DNA from: Candidatus Eisenbergiella merdavium | Lineage (GTDB): Bacteria; Bacillota; Clostridia; Lachnospirales; Lachnospiraceae | DNA: 64,000 nucleotides | Direction of reading: 5' to 3' | Assembly (NCBI GenBank): GCA_019119595.1 | Contig: DWWS01000013.1 | Location: 82,756-146,755, forward strand | In this document: positions 38,676 through 46,945 of the stretch, piece by piece | Layout: each line of letters begins with the position of its first letter | Position numbering within the stretch: position 1 is the first letter of the stretch | The notes under the pieces: generated by a model | Databases searched by the model: none | What the model was told of the DNA's origin: nothing | Seen by the model: only the letters and a program-made list of their open reading frames with translations | Program-made: the position numbers and the translations under genes

Positions 38676-40474
38676 ATACAGAGGAAAAAATGGAACGGAA
38701 TGCTCTCAGGCTTGGCCTTGCCTTCAAATTCATCGCGGGCCTTTGCGTCGCGGGCCTGCTCATTATGGCGGGTACGGCTGCTGTGGGCGTTTCCACCTAC
38801 TGGAATTCCATCACAAGGCAGTATAATGAAATGGCCTATCAGGTGGCGCGCACGGCTTCCGGATATTTTTCCCGGGAGGAGCTTTCCCGGTATGCGGATG
38901 CGGTTTACCGTTACTGCACAGGGGAAACGGGAAGGGATGAGATCGACGCCATTGCGGAAAGCGAACGCTACCTGCAGATCAAGGGGCAGCTTGACGGGCT
39001 CCGGGAGTCCATGGAGGCGAACGATATTTTTGTGTTCGTTTTTGACATAGACCTGCTCCGGAACTTTGACCAGGAGGCCTATGACAAAATGGAATGGAAT
39101 CCCATTTACTATATTTCCGACAGCTATCATGTGAAGGAACAGCAGTTTTCCATAGGCGATGAAAGCTCCGTGCTGAAGGAATATGTGAAAGACTGCATTC
39201 AGGCGTATGAAACGGGCGTACATGCAGATAATTATTTTATCTCGGAGGGAGAATTCGGGTATAATACCTCCGCCATGTATCCTGTGGTACAGGATGGAAG
39301 GACGGTGGCGTTTGTGGGCGTGGAGATCCCAATGTCCACTCTGCAGGGAAACGTGAGGAGCTATCTGGTCCGGATCACTCTGGTGGGAAGCCTGATCACC
39401 CTGGTGCTCCTCGCTGTGGTCGCCTGGCTTCTGACCCGTACGCTGATCGCTCCTGTGAAGCAGGTGGCGCAGGCGGCCAGTCTGTTTACGGAGAACAGAA
39501 ACATGATCTCCGACGCGCTCAGAACGATCCGCACCGGGGACGAGGTGCAGATGCTTGCGGAAAGCGTGCTGAAGATGGAGCAGGACATCAATGCGTACAT
39601 TGAAAACCTGACCAGGGTCACGGCGGAAAAGGAACGGATCGGCGCAGAGCTTGATGTGGCGGCCCGGATCCAGGCGAATATGCTTCCGGGCATTTTCCCG
39701 CCGTTTCCGGACAGAAAGGAAATTGACATTTATGCGACCATGACGCCCGCCAAGGAGGTGGGAGGGGATTTCTATGATTTCTTTCTTGTGGACGACGACC
39801 ACCTGGCCCTGGTGATGGCGGATGTGTCTGGAAAGGGCGTGCCCGCCGCGCTGTTCATGGTGATCGCAAAGACGCTTTTAAAGAACCGGGCGCAGATGGG
39901 CGTATCTCCAAAGGAGGTGCTGGAAAGCGTCAACAACCAGCTCTGTGAAAACAATGAGTCGGAGATGTTCGTGACGGTATGGCTCGGCGTTTATCAGCTT
40001 TCCACCGGAAGGCTTGTCGCGGCCAACGCGGGACATGAATATCCGGCTGTCAGGCATGCGGAGGGCGGATTTGAGCTGCTGAAGGACAGACACGGCTTTG
40101 TGCTCGCCGGTATGGAAAACAGCCGTTATCGGGAATATGAGCTGACGCTGCTTCCGGGAGAGGCAATCTTCGTTTATACAGACGGTGTAGCAGAGGCAAC
40201 GGATACGGATAACCGGCTGTTCGGCACCGACCGGATGCTTCTGTCTCTCAACAGACGGCCTGAGGCGACAGCGCAGGAGCTTCTGGCGCAGGTGAAGGAG
40301 GACATCGACCGGTTTGTGGGAGCTGCGCCCCAGTTCGACGATATCACCATGCTCTGCCTGGTGAACAGAAACGACACGCTGATGAAGAAGTTTCCGGAAA
40401 GAGAACAGCCGGAAAAAAGGCTGCAGAAAACGGAACAGCCGAAGACGGAAGGCGCCGGAAAGGAGCATGTATGA
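38672..40474 (+). CDS. Membrane sensor PP2C/SpoIIE-family phosphatase (RsbU-like) with HAMP
   Basis: Two TM segments around an extracellular domain, HAMP, EVGGDFYD, MADVSGKG, NAGH, YTDGV, DDIT. GTGA overlap with GH3. Confidence 0.92.
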   Translation: MNTEEKMERNALRLGLAFKFIAGLCVAGLLIMAGTAAVGVSTYWNSITRQYNEMAYQVARTASGYFSREELSRYADAVYRYCTGETGRDEIDAIAESERYLQIKGQLDGLRESMEANDIFVFVFDIDLLRNFDQEAYDKMEWNPIYYISDSYHVKEQQFSIGDESSVLKEYVKDCIQAYETGVHADNYFISEGEFGYNTSAMYPVVQDGRTVAFVGVEIPMSTLQGNVRSYLVRITLVGSLITLVLLAVVAWLLTRTLIAPVKQVAQAASLFTENRNMISDALRTIRTGDEVQMLAESVLKMEQDINAYIENLTRVTAEKERIGAELDVAARIQANMLPGIFPPFPDRKEIDIYATMTPAKEVGGDFYDFFLVDDDHLALVMADVSGKGVPAALFMVIAKTLLKNRAQMGVSPKEVLESVNNQLCENNESEMFVTVWLGVYQLSTGRLVAANAGHEYPAVRHAEGGFELLKDRHGFVLAGMENSRYREYELTLLPGEAIFVYTDGVAEATDTDNRLFGTDRMLLSLNRRPEATAQELLAQVKEDIDRFVGAAPQFDDITMLCLVNRNDTLMKKFPEREQPEKRLQKTEQPKTEGAGKEHV

Positions 40475-40878
40475 AAGAGATCACGCTGGACGCAACCATA
40501 GAAAATATCGAAACGGTAACGGAATTTGTCAACGGACAGCTTGAAAGCTCCGGCTGTCCGATGAAGGCGCAGATGCAGATCGATATCGCCATCGACGAGC
40601 TGTTCGGCAATATCGCGCACTATGCCTATCCCTCGGGCGGCGGAACGGCCACCGTGCGCGTGGAGCTGGAGGAGACGCCTCCCGCTGTCCGGATCACCTT
40701 TATCGACGGCGGCGTGCCCTATGATCCGCTGAAAAAGGAGGATCCGGATGTTTCCCTTTCCGCGCAGGAGAGGACGAGCGGCGGCCTCGGAATCTTTCTG
40801 GTGAAAAAAAGCATGGACGACATGCAGTATGAATATAGAGACGGACAGAATATTTTGGAAATCAGAAAAAAATTCTGA
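40471..40878 (+). CDS. RsbW/SpoIIAB-like Ser kinase (anti-sigma type)
   Basis: IDELFGNIAHYAY, DGGVPYDP, GGLGIFLVKKSMDD; ATGA overlap with PP2C. Confidence 0.92.
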   Translation: MKEITLDATIENIETVTEFVNGQLESSGCPMKAQMQIDIAIDELFGNIAHYAYPSGGGTATVRVELEETPPAVRITFIDGGVPYDPLKKEDPDVSLSAQERTSGGLGIFLVKKSMDDMQYEYRDGQNILEIRKKF

Positions 40879-40926
40879 GGGTCTGAGGGCACGGCACCGC
40901 CGGCCCGGTTTCTTCCTGCCGCGCCG

Positions 40927-41847
40927 TCAGACCGGTTCCCTCCTGCCCGCGCCGTCTGCTCTTTCCTTCATCAGAAGCTCCAGCAGGCACCTGGCCGCCG
41001 CGCCGAGCGGACGGCCGGGGTCGCGCACCAGGCACACATGGCGCAGCGGGATCTCCTCCACCAGCGGAATGGAGAACAGCTTTTTCTGCTCAAGCGCGTC
41101 GGCCACCAGCCGCTCCGGCACGAAGGCCAGGCCAAGATCGTGCATGGCCACCGGAAGCAGCAGGTCGGCGTTCGCCATTTCAATATCATAATGAAGGGTC
41201 AGACCGTGCGCGGCAAAAAAATCCCCGTAGAAGCGGTATGACATGGTGGAGCCGGAAAGGCCCGCCAGCGGATACTGCTTCAGGTCGGCCAGCCTGACGG
41301 GCGCGCTGCACAGATGGGCGAAGCGGGGGCCTCCCACCAGCACGCTTTTGATCTGGCAGAGCTTAACGGAGACATAGGGCTTTTCGATCTGAAAGGGAGT
41401 GGGGACGACGGCGAGATCCGTTCGTCCTTCTTTCATATCGGAAAGCACCTGAGCCGAGGGGCCGTTGCTGATGCGGATCTTCACATCGGGATGATCCTTC
41501 TGGAACCGGGTGAGCCGGTCCAGCAGCAGACAGTGCAGGGCGGTTTCCGTTGCGGCAATGCTGACGGAACCGCCGTGCAGGCCCAGGGACAGGCCAAGCT
41601 CCTCCTCCCCCCGCAGGATGCGCTCGCAGGCGGGAGCCACATAACGGTAAAGGAGCTTTCCCTCCGGCGTGAGCGCGACCCCGTGCCGGGAACGGATAAA
41701 GAGGCGGCAGCCCAGTTCGCTCTCCAGATTCTGGATGCTGCGGGTGACGGACGGCTGGCTGGAAAGCAGCACGCTGGCCGCCTTCGTGAAATTACTGTAT
41801 TTTGCAACATAATAAAATACTTTATAGTAATCAAAGCTTGCGTTCAT
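40927..41847 (-). CDS. LysR-family regulator
   Basis: NFTKAASVLLSSQPSVTRSIQNLESELG; divergent from the V-ATPase operon. Confidence 0.92.
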   Translation of the reverse strand: MNASFDYYKVFYYVAKYSNFTKAASVLLSSQPSVTRSIQNLESELGCRLFIRSRHGVALTPEGKLLYRYVAPACERILRGEEELGLSLGLHGGSVSIAATETALHCLLLDRLTRFQKDHPDVKIRISNGPSAQVLSDMKEGRTDLAVVPTPFQIEKPYVSVKLCQIKSVLVGGPRFAHLCSAPVRLADLKQYPLAGLSGSTMSYRFYGDFFAAHGLTLHYDIEMANADLLLPVAMHDLGLAFVPERLVADALEQKKLFSIPLVEEIPLRHVCLVRDPGRPLGAAARCLLELLMKERADGAGRREPV

Positions 41848-41899
41848 TGGTATATCCCTCATTTTTTTACTGTAAAAGGCACAGCCTTTTACATAAGAC

Positions 41900-41914
41900 A
41901 TGCGATTTCTGCAT
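41900..41914. promoter_or_regulatory. LysR-type T-N11-A palindrome (ATGC-N7-GCAT)
   Basis: atgcgatttctgcat lies between lysR and the ATPase operon. Confidence 0.55.
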
Positions 41915-42032
41915 AATACTCATATCATATTATTATTTTTCAATATGAATTAACCATAGTATAATACGCCAGGAGCAAAAAGAAAAGGCAAAAAAGGAAA
42001 GAACGCCGCCAGCGGCGGCAAAGGAGGTATAG

Positions 42033-42410
42033 ATGGCGAACACGGATACCGTGAGGATGGCCGGCGCGGCAGAGGGCTCATCGGAGCAGTCCATCGGAGA
42101 GGTGCTGAAGCGCCTTGTGGATGTGGAAGAGGCTGCCGGTCAGATGAAGGAAGCTGTAGAAGCCAGAAAAAAGGAGCTTTCCGACGCGGCGGATGCAAGA
42201 AAGGCGGAATTTGACCGTCAGCTCGCCGAACAGCTTAAGGAGCGTTCCCGGAAGCTGGAGGAGCGCCTGGAAAAGGAAAAGCAGGAGGAGCTGGACGGCC
42301 TTCTTCAGAAAACGAAGCAGGAGCTGGACGGCCTTCAGCGTAAATATGACACGGAGCATGGAAAGATAACGGATAAAATCGTGGAAAAGATCAAGGGTGT
42401 GAGGATATGA
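42033..42410 (+). CDS. V/A-type ATPase peripheral stalk subunit (G/H-like)
   Basis: Charged coiled coil, first gene of the operon. Confidence 0.65.
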   Translation: MANTDTVRMAGAAEGSSEQSIGEVLKRLVDVEEAAGQMKEAVEARKKELSDAADARKAEFDRQLAEQLKERSRKLEERLEKEKQEELDGLLQKTKQELDGLQRKYDTEHGKITDKIVEKIKGVRI

Positions 42411-43438
42411 GCCTGTTTCGTTACAGCGGTCTGTCCGCCAAGGTGAGGGCCATGAGCGGAAAGCTCCTCACCCAGGAGGATTTTCGGCAGCTTGGCAGCG
42501 TGTCCGGCGTGCCGGAGGTGATCGCTTATTTGAAAAAAAAGCCCTCCTACGCCCGGCTTCTGGAAAAGGAGGATGAAAGAAGCCTCCACAGAGGAAGGGC
42601 GGAGGGGCTCATCATGCAGGGGCTGTTTCGGGATTTTTCCCGTCTGTACCGGTTTTCCAGCCTGGAACAGAGGCGCTTCCTGGACGGATATTTCATACGC
42701 TATGAGATATCCTGCCTGAAGATGATCATCCGGTCGATCATGACGCAGGGAGAGAGACCCATGGATATCGGGGAATACCTGGAGGTATTCGAACGCCATT
42801 CTCAGATCCCGCTGTCGCAGGCCGCCTCTGCGGATTCCATGGAAAGCCTGATCGCGGCGCTTGCGGGCACCCCGTACAGAAAGGTGCTTTCCGATGTGTA
42901 CGGCTCGAGCAGCAGGGAGCTTTTTGATTATGAGCTGGCCCTGGACGTATTTTTCTTCGACAGGTTCTGGAAAATGGTGAAAAAGGATCTGAAGGAGGAC
43001 GACCAGGAGGCCATCGCCCGGTCGGCAGGAGCCTATATTGACGCGCTGAACCTGACGTGGATCTACCGCGCGAAGAAATATTACCGCATGTCGGCGGCGC
43101 AGATCTATGCACTGATCGTTCCCATCCACTATCGTCTGACCAGAGAGCAGGTGAGACAGATGGCGGAGGCGGCCGACGAGAAGGAATTTCTCACGGCGGC
43201 AGAGAACACAAAATATGGGAAATATATGAACGGGGAAGAAAATCTGAACCTGGAACGCTGTATGGAGAAAATGCAGGAAGCGGTGCACGGCGCGCTTCTT
43301 CGCAAGAAGCCCTACTCCGCCGCCTGTCTGGATGTTTATCTGTACCGGAAGGAGCGGGAGGCCAGGAAGATCATCACCGCAATAGAATGCGTGCGGTACG
43401 GGCTTCCTTCTGAGAAGATCAGGGAATATCTGGCGTAG
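42407..43438 (+). CDS. ntpC: V/A-type ATPase subunit C (V0 d-like)
   Basis: YSGLSAKVRAMSGKLL start, size and position in operon. Confidence 0.85.
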   Translation: MSLFRYSGLSAKVRAMSGKLLTQEDFRQLGSVSGVPEVIAYLKKKPSYARLLEKEDERSLHRGRAEGLIMQGLFRDFSRLYRFSSLEQRRFLDGYFIRYEISCLKMIIRSIMTQGERPMDIGEYLEVFERHSQIPLSQAASADSMESLIAALAGTPYRKVLSDVYGSSSRELFDYELALDVFFFDRFWKMVKKDLKEDDQEAIARSAGAYIDALNLTWIYRAKKYYRMSAAQIYALIVPIHYRLTREQVRQMAEAADEKEFLTAAENTKYGKYMNGEENLNLERCMEKMQEAVHGALLRKKPYSAACLDVYLYRKEREARKIITAIECVRYGLPSEKIREYLA

Positions 43439-43607
43439 GGGCACGAACCGTTGGTTCGTGCCGAAGAATGACTGACGTCATTCTTCCCACGAATTAAATG
43501 CCGCTTTTCGGCGGCAGGAAGGGGGCACGAACCGTTGGTTCATGCCGAAGAATGACTGACGTCATTCTTCACACGAATTGAATGCCGCCTTTCGGCGGCA
43601 GGAAGGG
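43438..43607. repeat. Two tandem 84-bp multi-hairpin units
   Basis: ggcacgaacc-gtt-ggttcgtgcc, gaagaatgac-tgac-gtcattcttc and tgccgc...gcggca, repeated at 43438 and 43522. Confidence 0.85.
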
Positions 43608-43618
43608 TACGGAAACGA

Positions 43619-45535
43619 ATGATAGAAAAAATGGAGTTTTTGAGTATCATCGGCCCAAAGGATCAGCTTGACCGGGTGACGGAAAAGTACCTTGGGAAAT
43701 ACGAGATACAGCTTGAGAATACGGTGGGAGAGCTGAAAAATCTGAAGAATATCGTGCCCAATTCAGAGAGCAATCCCTACCGGGAATGGATCGGAAAGGC
43801 CCAGGAGGCCGCGGCCATTGTGACCGGTAAAGCGGGGGCGTCCACCGGGATGTCTCCCCAGGAGGCGCTGGAGGTCGTCCGGGAGGCGGACAGGCTCATG
43901 GAGGACAGCCGCCGGCAGAAGACGAAGCTTGAGACGGAGCTGAAAAAGAAGCAGAGCCTTCTGGAGGCCGTCCGGCCTTATCTGGAGCTGCACTTTGAGC
44001 TTTCTAAAATCCTGCATTTTAAATATGTAAGATTCCGCTTCGGGAGACTTCCGGTCAGCTATTATCAGAGGCTGAAGGAATATCTGCAGGAGGACGACTG
44101 CACCATCTTTGAAAAGTGCAGGGTGGACGAAACCTATGTATGGGGCATCTATTTTGTGCCCGCCTCCGAGGCGAAGAAGGCGGACGCCATTTACGCATCC
44201 ATGCACTTTGAACGGATCTTTATAGAGGACGCCTACCCTGGTACGGTGGACGAGGCCTGCCGGACGCTGGAGAAGGAGATCGAGGAGCTGGCCCAGGAGG
44301 AAAGGACGCTGGATGAGAGGCTTGCGGATAAGCTGAGGGAAAACGGCGGCCGGATCCTGGAAGCCAGGGAGGTGATCGAAACCCAGTCCTCCCGCTTCGA
44401 TATCCGCAGGCTGGCGGCCTTCACACAGTCGAAGAACGAGACCTTCTTCATTCTCTGCGGCTGGATGGCGAAGAAGGACGCGGTGAAGCTGGGAAAAGAG
44501 CTGGAAGCGGATCCGGAGCTGTTTGTGACGCTGGAGGAAAATCCGGACAGAAGGGTTTCCACACCGCCCACAAAGCTGAAGAACCCGGCGATCATCAGAC
44601 CCTTCGAGATGTTCGTGCGCATGTACGGACTTCCGAATTACAATGAGTTTGATCCCACGCTTTTTGTCGCGATCACCTACTCCATCATCTTCGGCGCCAT
44701 GTTTGGAGATGCGGGGCAGGGGCTGTGCCTGGCTATAGGCGGCTTCCTTCTGTATCGTTTTAAGAAAATGAACCTGGCGGCCATCATCGCCTGCTGCGGT
44801 TTCTTTTCCACCATATTCGGCTTCCTGTACGGAAGCGTGTTCGGCTTTGAGGATGTGATCCCGGCCCTGTGGCTGCGGCCTGCGGAGGCCATGACGAACC
44901 TGCCCTTCATCGGCAGGCTGAACACGGTGTTCGTGGTGACCATCGCCATCGGTATGGGCCTGATCCTTCTGACCATGCTCTTTTCCATCATAAACGCCTG
45001 CAAGGCGAAGGAGTACGGGAAGGCGCTGTTTGATACCAACGGCGCGGCCGGGCTGGTGTTTTACGGGGCCGTCGTGCTGGTGGTGGTGCTGTTCATGACG
45101 GGAAACCATCTGCCCGCAGCGGCGGCGCTGGTGATCCTGTTCGTGGTACCGCTTCTGATCATCGCCTGCAAGGAGCCGCTGACGCTGCTTCTGGAGAAGA
45201 AAAAGGCGCACTCGGAGGAGGGCCCGGTGATGTTCGTGGTACAGGCCTTCTTCGAGCTGTTCGAGGTCTGCCTGAGCTATTTTTCAAACACCCTTTCCTT
45301 CGTCCGTATCGGCGCCTTCGCGGTGAGCCACGCCGCCATGATGCAGGTGGTGCTGATGCTCGCGGGAGCGGAGAACGGCGCTTCGGGCAACCTGGCGGTC
45401 ATCATCCTGGGCAACATCATCGTCTGCGGCATGGAGGGGCTGGTGGTCGGCATCCAGGTGCTCCGTCTGCAGTATTACGAATTCTTCAGCCGTTTCTACA
45501 AGGGGGACGGAAGGGAATTCAAACCGTATGCATAA
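43619..45535 (+). CDS. ntpI: V/A-type ATPase subunit I (a)
   Basis: PPTKLKNP, YGLPNYNEFDPT, GAMFGD, NTLSFVRIGAF, LRLQYYEFFSRFY. Confidence 0.93.
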   Translation: MIEKMEFLSIIGPKDQLDRVTEKYLGKYEIQLENTVGELKNLKNIVPNSESNPYREWIGKAQEAAAIVTGKAGASTGMSPQEALEVVREADRLMEDSRRQKTKLETELKKKQSLLEAVRPYLELHFELSKILHFKYVRFRFGRLPVSYYQRLKEYLQEDDCTIFEKCRVDETYVWGIYFVPASEAKKADAIYASMHFERIFIEDAYPGTVDEACRTLEKEIEELAQEERTLDERLADKLRENGGRILEAREVIETQSSRFDIRRLAAFTQSKNETFFILCGWMAKKDAVKLGKELEADPELFVTLEENPDRRVSTPPTKLKNPAIIRPFEMFVRMYGLPNYNEFDPTLFVAITYSIIFGAMFGDAGQGLCLAIGGFLLYRFKKMNLAAIIACCGFFSTIFGFLYGSVFGFEDVIPALWLRPAEAMTNLPFIGRLNTVFVVTIAIGMGLILLTMLFSIINACKAKEYGKALFDTNGAAGLVFYGAVVLVVVLFMTGNHLPAAAALVILFVVPLLIIACKEPLTLLLEKKKAHSEEGPVMFVVQAFFELFEVCLSYFSNTLSFVRIGAFAVSHAAMMQVVLMLAGAENGASGNLAVIILGNIIVCGMEGLVVGIQVLRLQYYEFFSRFYKGDGREFKPYA

Positions 45536-45601
45536 TTGCAAATTACATTCAGATAAAAAAAACGCCGCTCTCAGGGCGGCACACATGTAAGGAGGACAAA
45601 A

Positions 45602-46033
45602 ATGTTAAAGGTATTATTATTCGCAGCACTGATTTCCTGTATCGTGGTTCCCTTCCGCTATTTCTGCAAGGGGGAGCAGACAAAGGGCAGATATAAGAAA
45701 ACCCTTGCCATAAACGGCGCCATGTTCTTCGGCCTGATGCTGGCGACGGGTGTGATGATGTTCGGCGGAAGCGCTTCCGCGGCGGAAGCTGCTGAGACAG
45801 CGGCGGCAGCCGGCGGTCTTTCCACCGGACTGGGCTATCTGGCGGCCGGCCTTTCCATCGGCTTATCCTGCGTGGGCGGCGGTATCGCCGTTGCCAGCGC
45901 TGCCAGCGCTGCTCTTGGCGCTATCAGCGAAGATTCCTCCATCCTCGGTAAGTCCCTCATTTTCGTGGGTCTGGCCGAAGGTGTCTGCCTGTACGGTCTG
46001 ATCATCGCCTTCATGATCCTGGGTCAGCTGTAA
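45602..46033 (+). CDS. ntpK: V/A-type ATPase proteolipid subunit K (c)
   Basis: Hydrophobic hairpin with LIFVGLAEGVCLYG. Confidence 0.9.
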   Translation: MLKVLLFAALISCIVVPFRYFCKGEQTKGRYKKTLAINGAMFFGLMLATGVMMFGGSASAAEAAETAAAAGGLSTGLGYLAAGLSIGLSCVGGGIAVASAASAALGAISEDSSILGKSLIFVGLAEGVCLYGLIIAFMILGQL

Positions 46034-46341
46034 TGAAGATGTATCTGATCAGCGACAACATTGATACCTTTACCGGCATGCGTCTTGCCGGTATCGAAGG
46101 GGCGGTGGTCCATGAGAGACAGGAGCTGAAGGCAGAGATCGACAAGGTGCTTGCCGATCAGGAAATCGGCGTCCTGCTTCTGACGGAAAAATTCGGAAAG
46201 GAATTTCCGGACATCATCGACCGTATCAGGCTGGAGCGCAGGCTTCCCCTGATCGTGGAGATCCCGGACAGGCACGGCACGGGCCGCGCCCCGGATTTCA
46301 TCACATCCTATGTGAACGAAGCGATCGGTATAAAAGTATAG
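46033..46341 (+). CDS. ntpG: V/A-type ATPase subunit F
   Basis: DTFTGMRLAGIEG and PLIVEIPD. Confidence 0.9.
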   Translation: MKMYLISDNIDTFTGMRLAGIEGAVVHERQELKAEIDKVLADQEIGVLLLTEKFGKEFPDIIDRIRLERRLPLIVEIPDRHGTGRAPDFITSYVNEAIGIKV

Positions 46342-46351
46342 GAGGTCATGT

Positions 46352-46924
46352 ATGACGACGGAAGAAAAGTTGAAGCATTTTATGGATGTGACAACGCAGA
46401 AGGTGAACGAGGAAAACGCGGAAGCGCTGGAAGAATATGAAAACGGCCTGGACAGGGTCTTCGCGGATTATAAGGAAAACGCGGAACGAAAGGCAGAGCT
46501 TTCCCTTAAGCTGAAGGAGGAAAGCCTCACGAAGAAGAAAAACGCGGAGGTCGCCAGAAGGCAGATGGAGATCCGCGAGGAGACGGGCCGCCTGCAGAAG
46601 GAGCTGACCGAGAAGCTTTTTTCCGAAGTGAGAGGAAAGCTGGAGCGGTTCATGGGAACGGGAGAGTATGAGAGATTTCTGATCGCCCAGGTACGCGCGG
46701 CCAGGGAGTTTGCCGGCGACGACGAGATCCAGATCTACATCGATCCCGCGGACATCGACAAGAAAAATTCCATTGCCGCAGCGGCAAATACCACGGTCAT
46801 GGTGAGCGAATACAGCTTCGGCGGCGGCATCCGCGCCGTGATCCGCTCGCGCGGCATCCTGATCGATCAGTCCTTTGATACCAAAATTAAGGAAGCGGCA
46901 GAAGGCTTCGTATTTCATTTATAA
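46352..46924 (+). CDS. ntpE: V/A-type ATPase subunit E
   Basis: N-terminal coiled coil and GGGIRA...ILIDQSF. Confidence 0.85.
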   Translation: MTTEEKLKHFMDVTTQKVNEENAEALEEYENGLDRVFADYKENAERKAELSLKLKEESLTKKKNAEVARRQMEIREETGRLQKELTEKLFSEVRGKLERFMGTGEYERFLIAQVRAAREFAGDDEIQIYIDPADIDKKNSIAAAANTTVMVSEYSFGGGIRAVIRSRGILIDQSFDTKIKEAAEGFVFHL

Positions 46925-46945
46925 GCAAAAGGAGGAAGTCTTCTA

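Noticed and set aside
43438-43607. Possible CRISPR array
   Set aside because: Only two units, no unique spacers, and no cas genes in the window.
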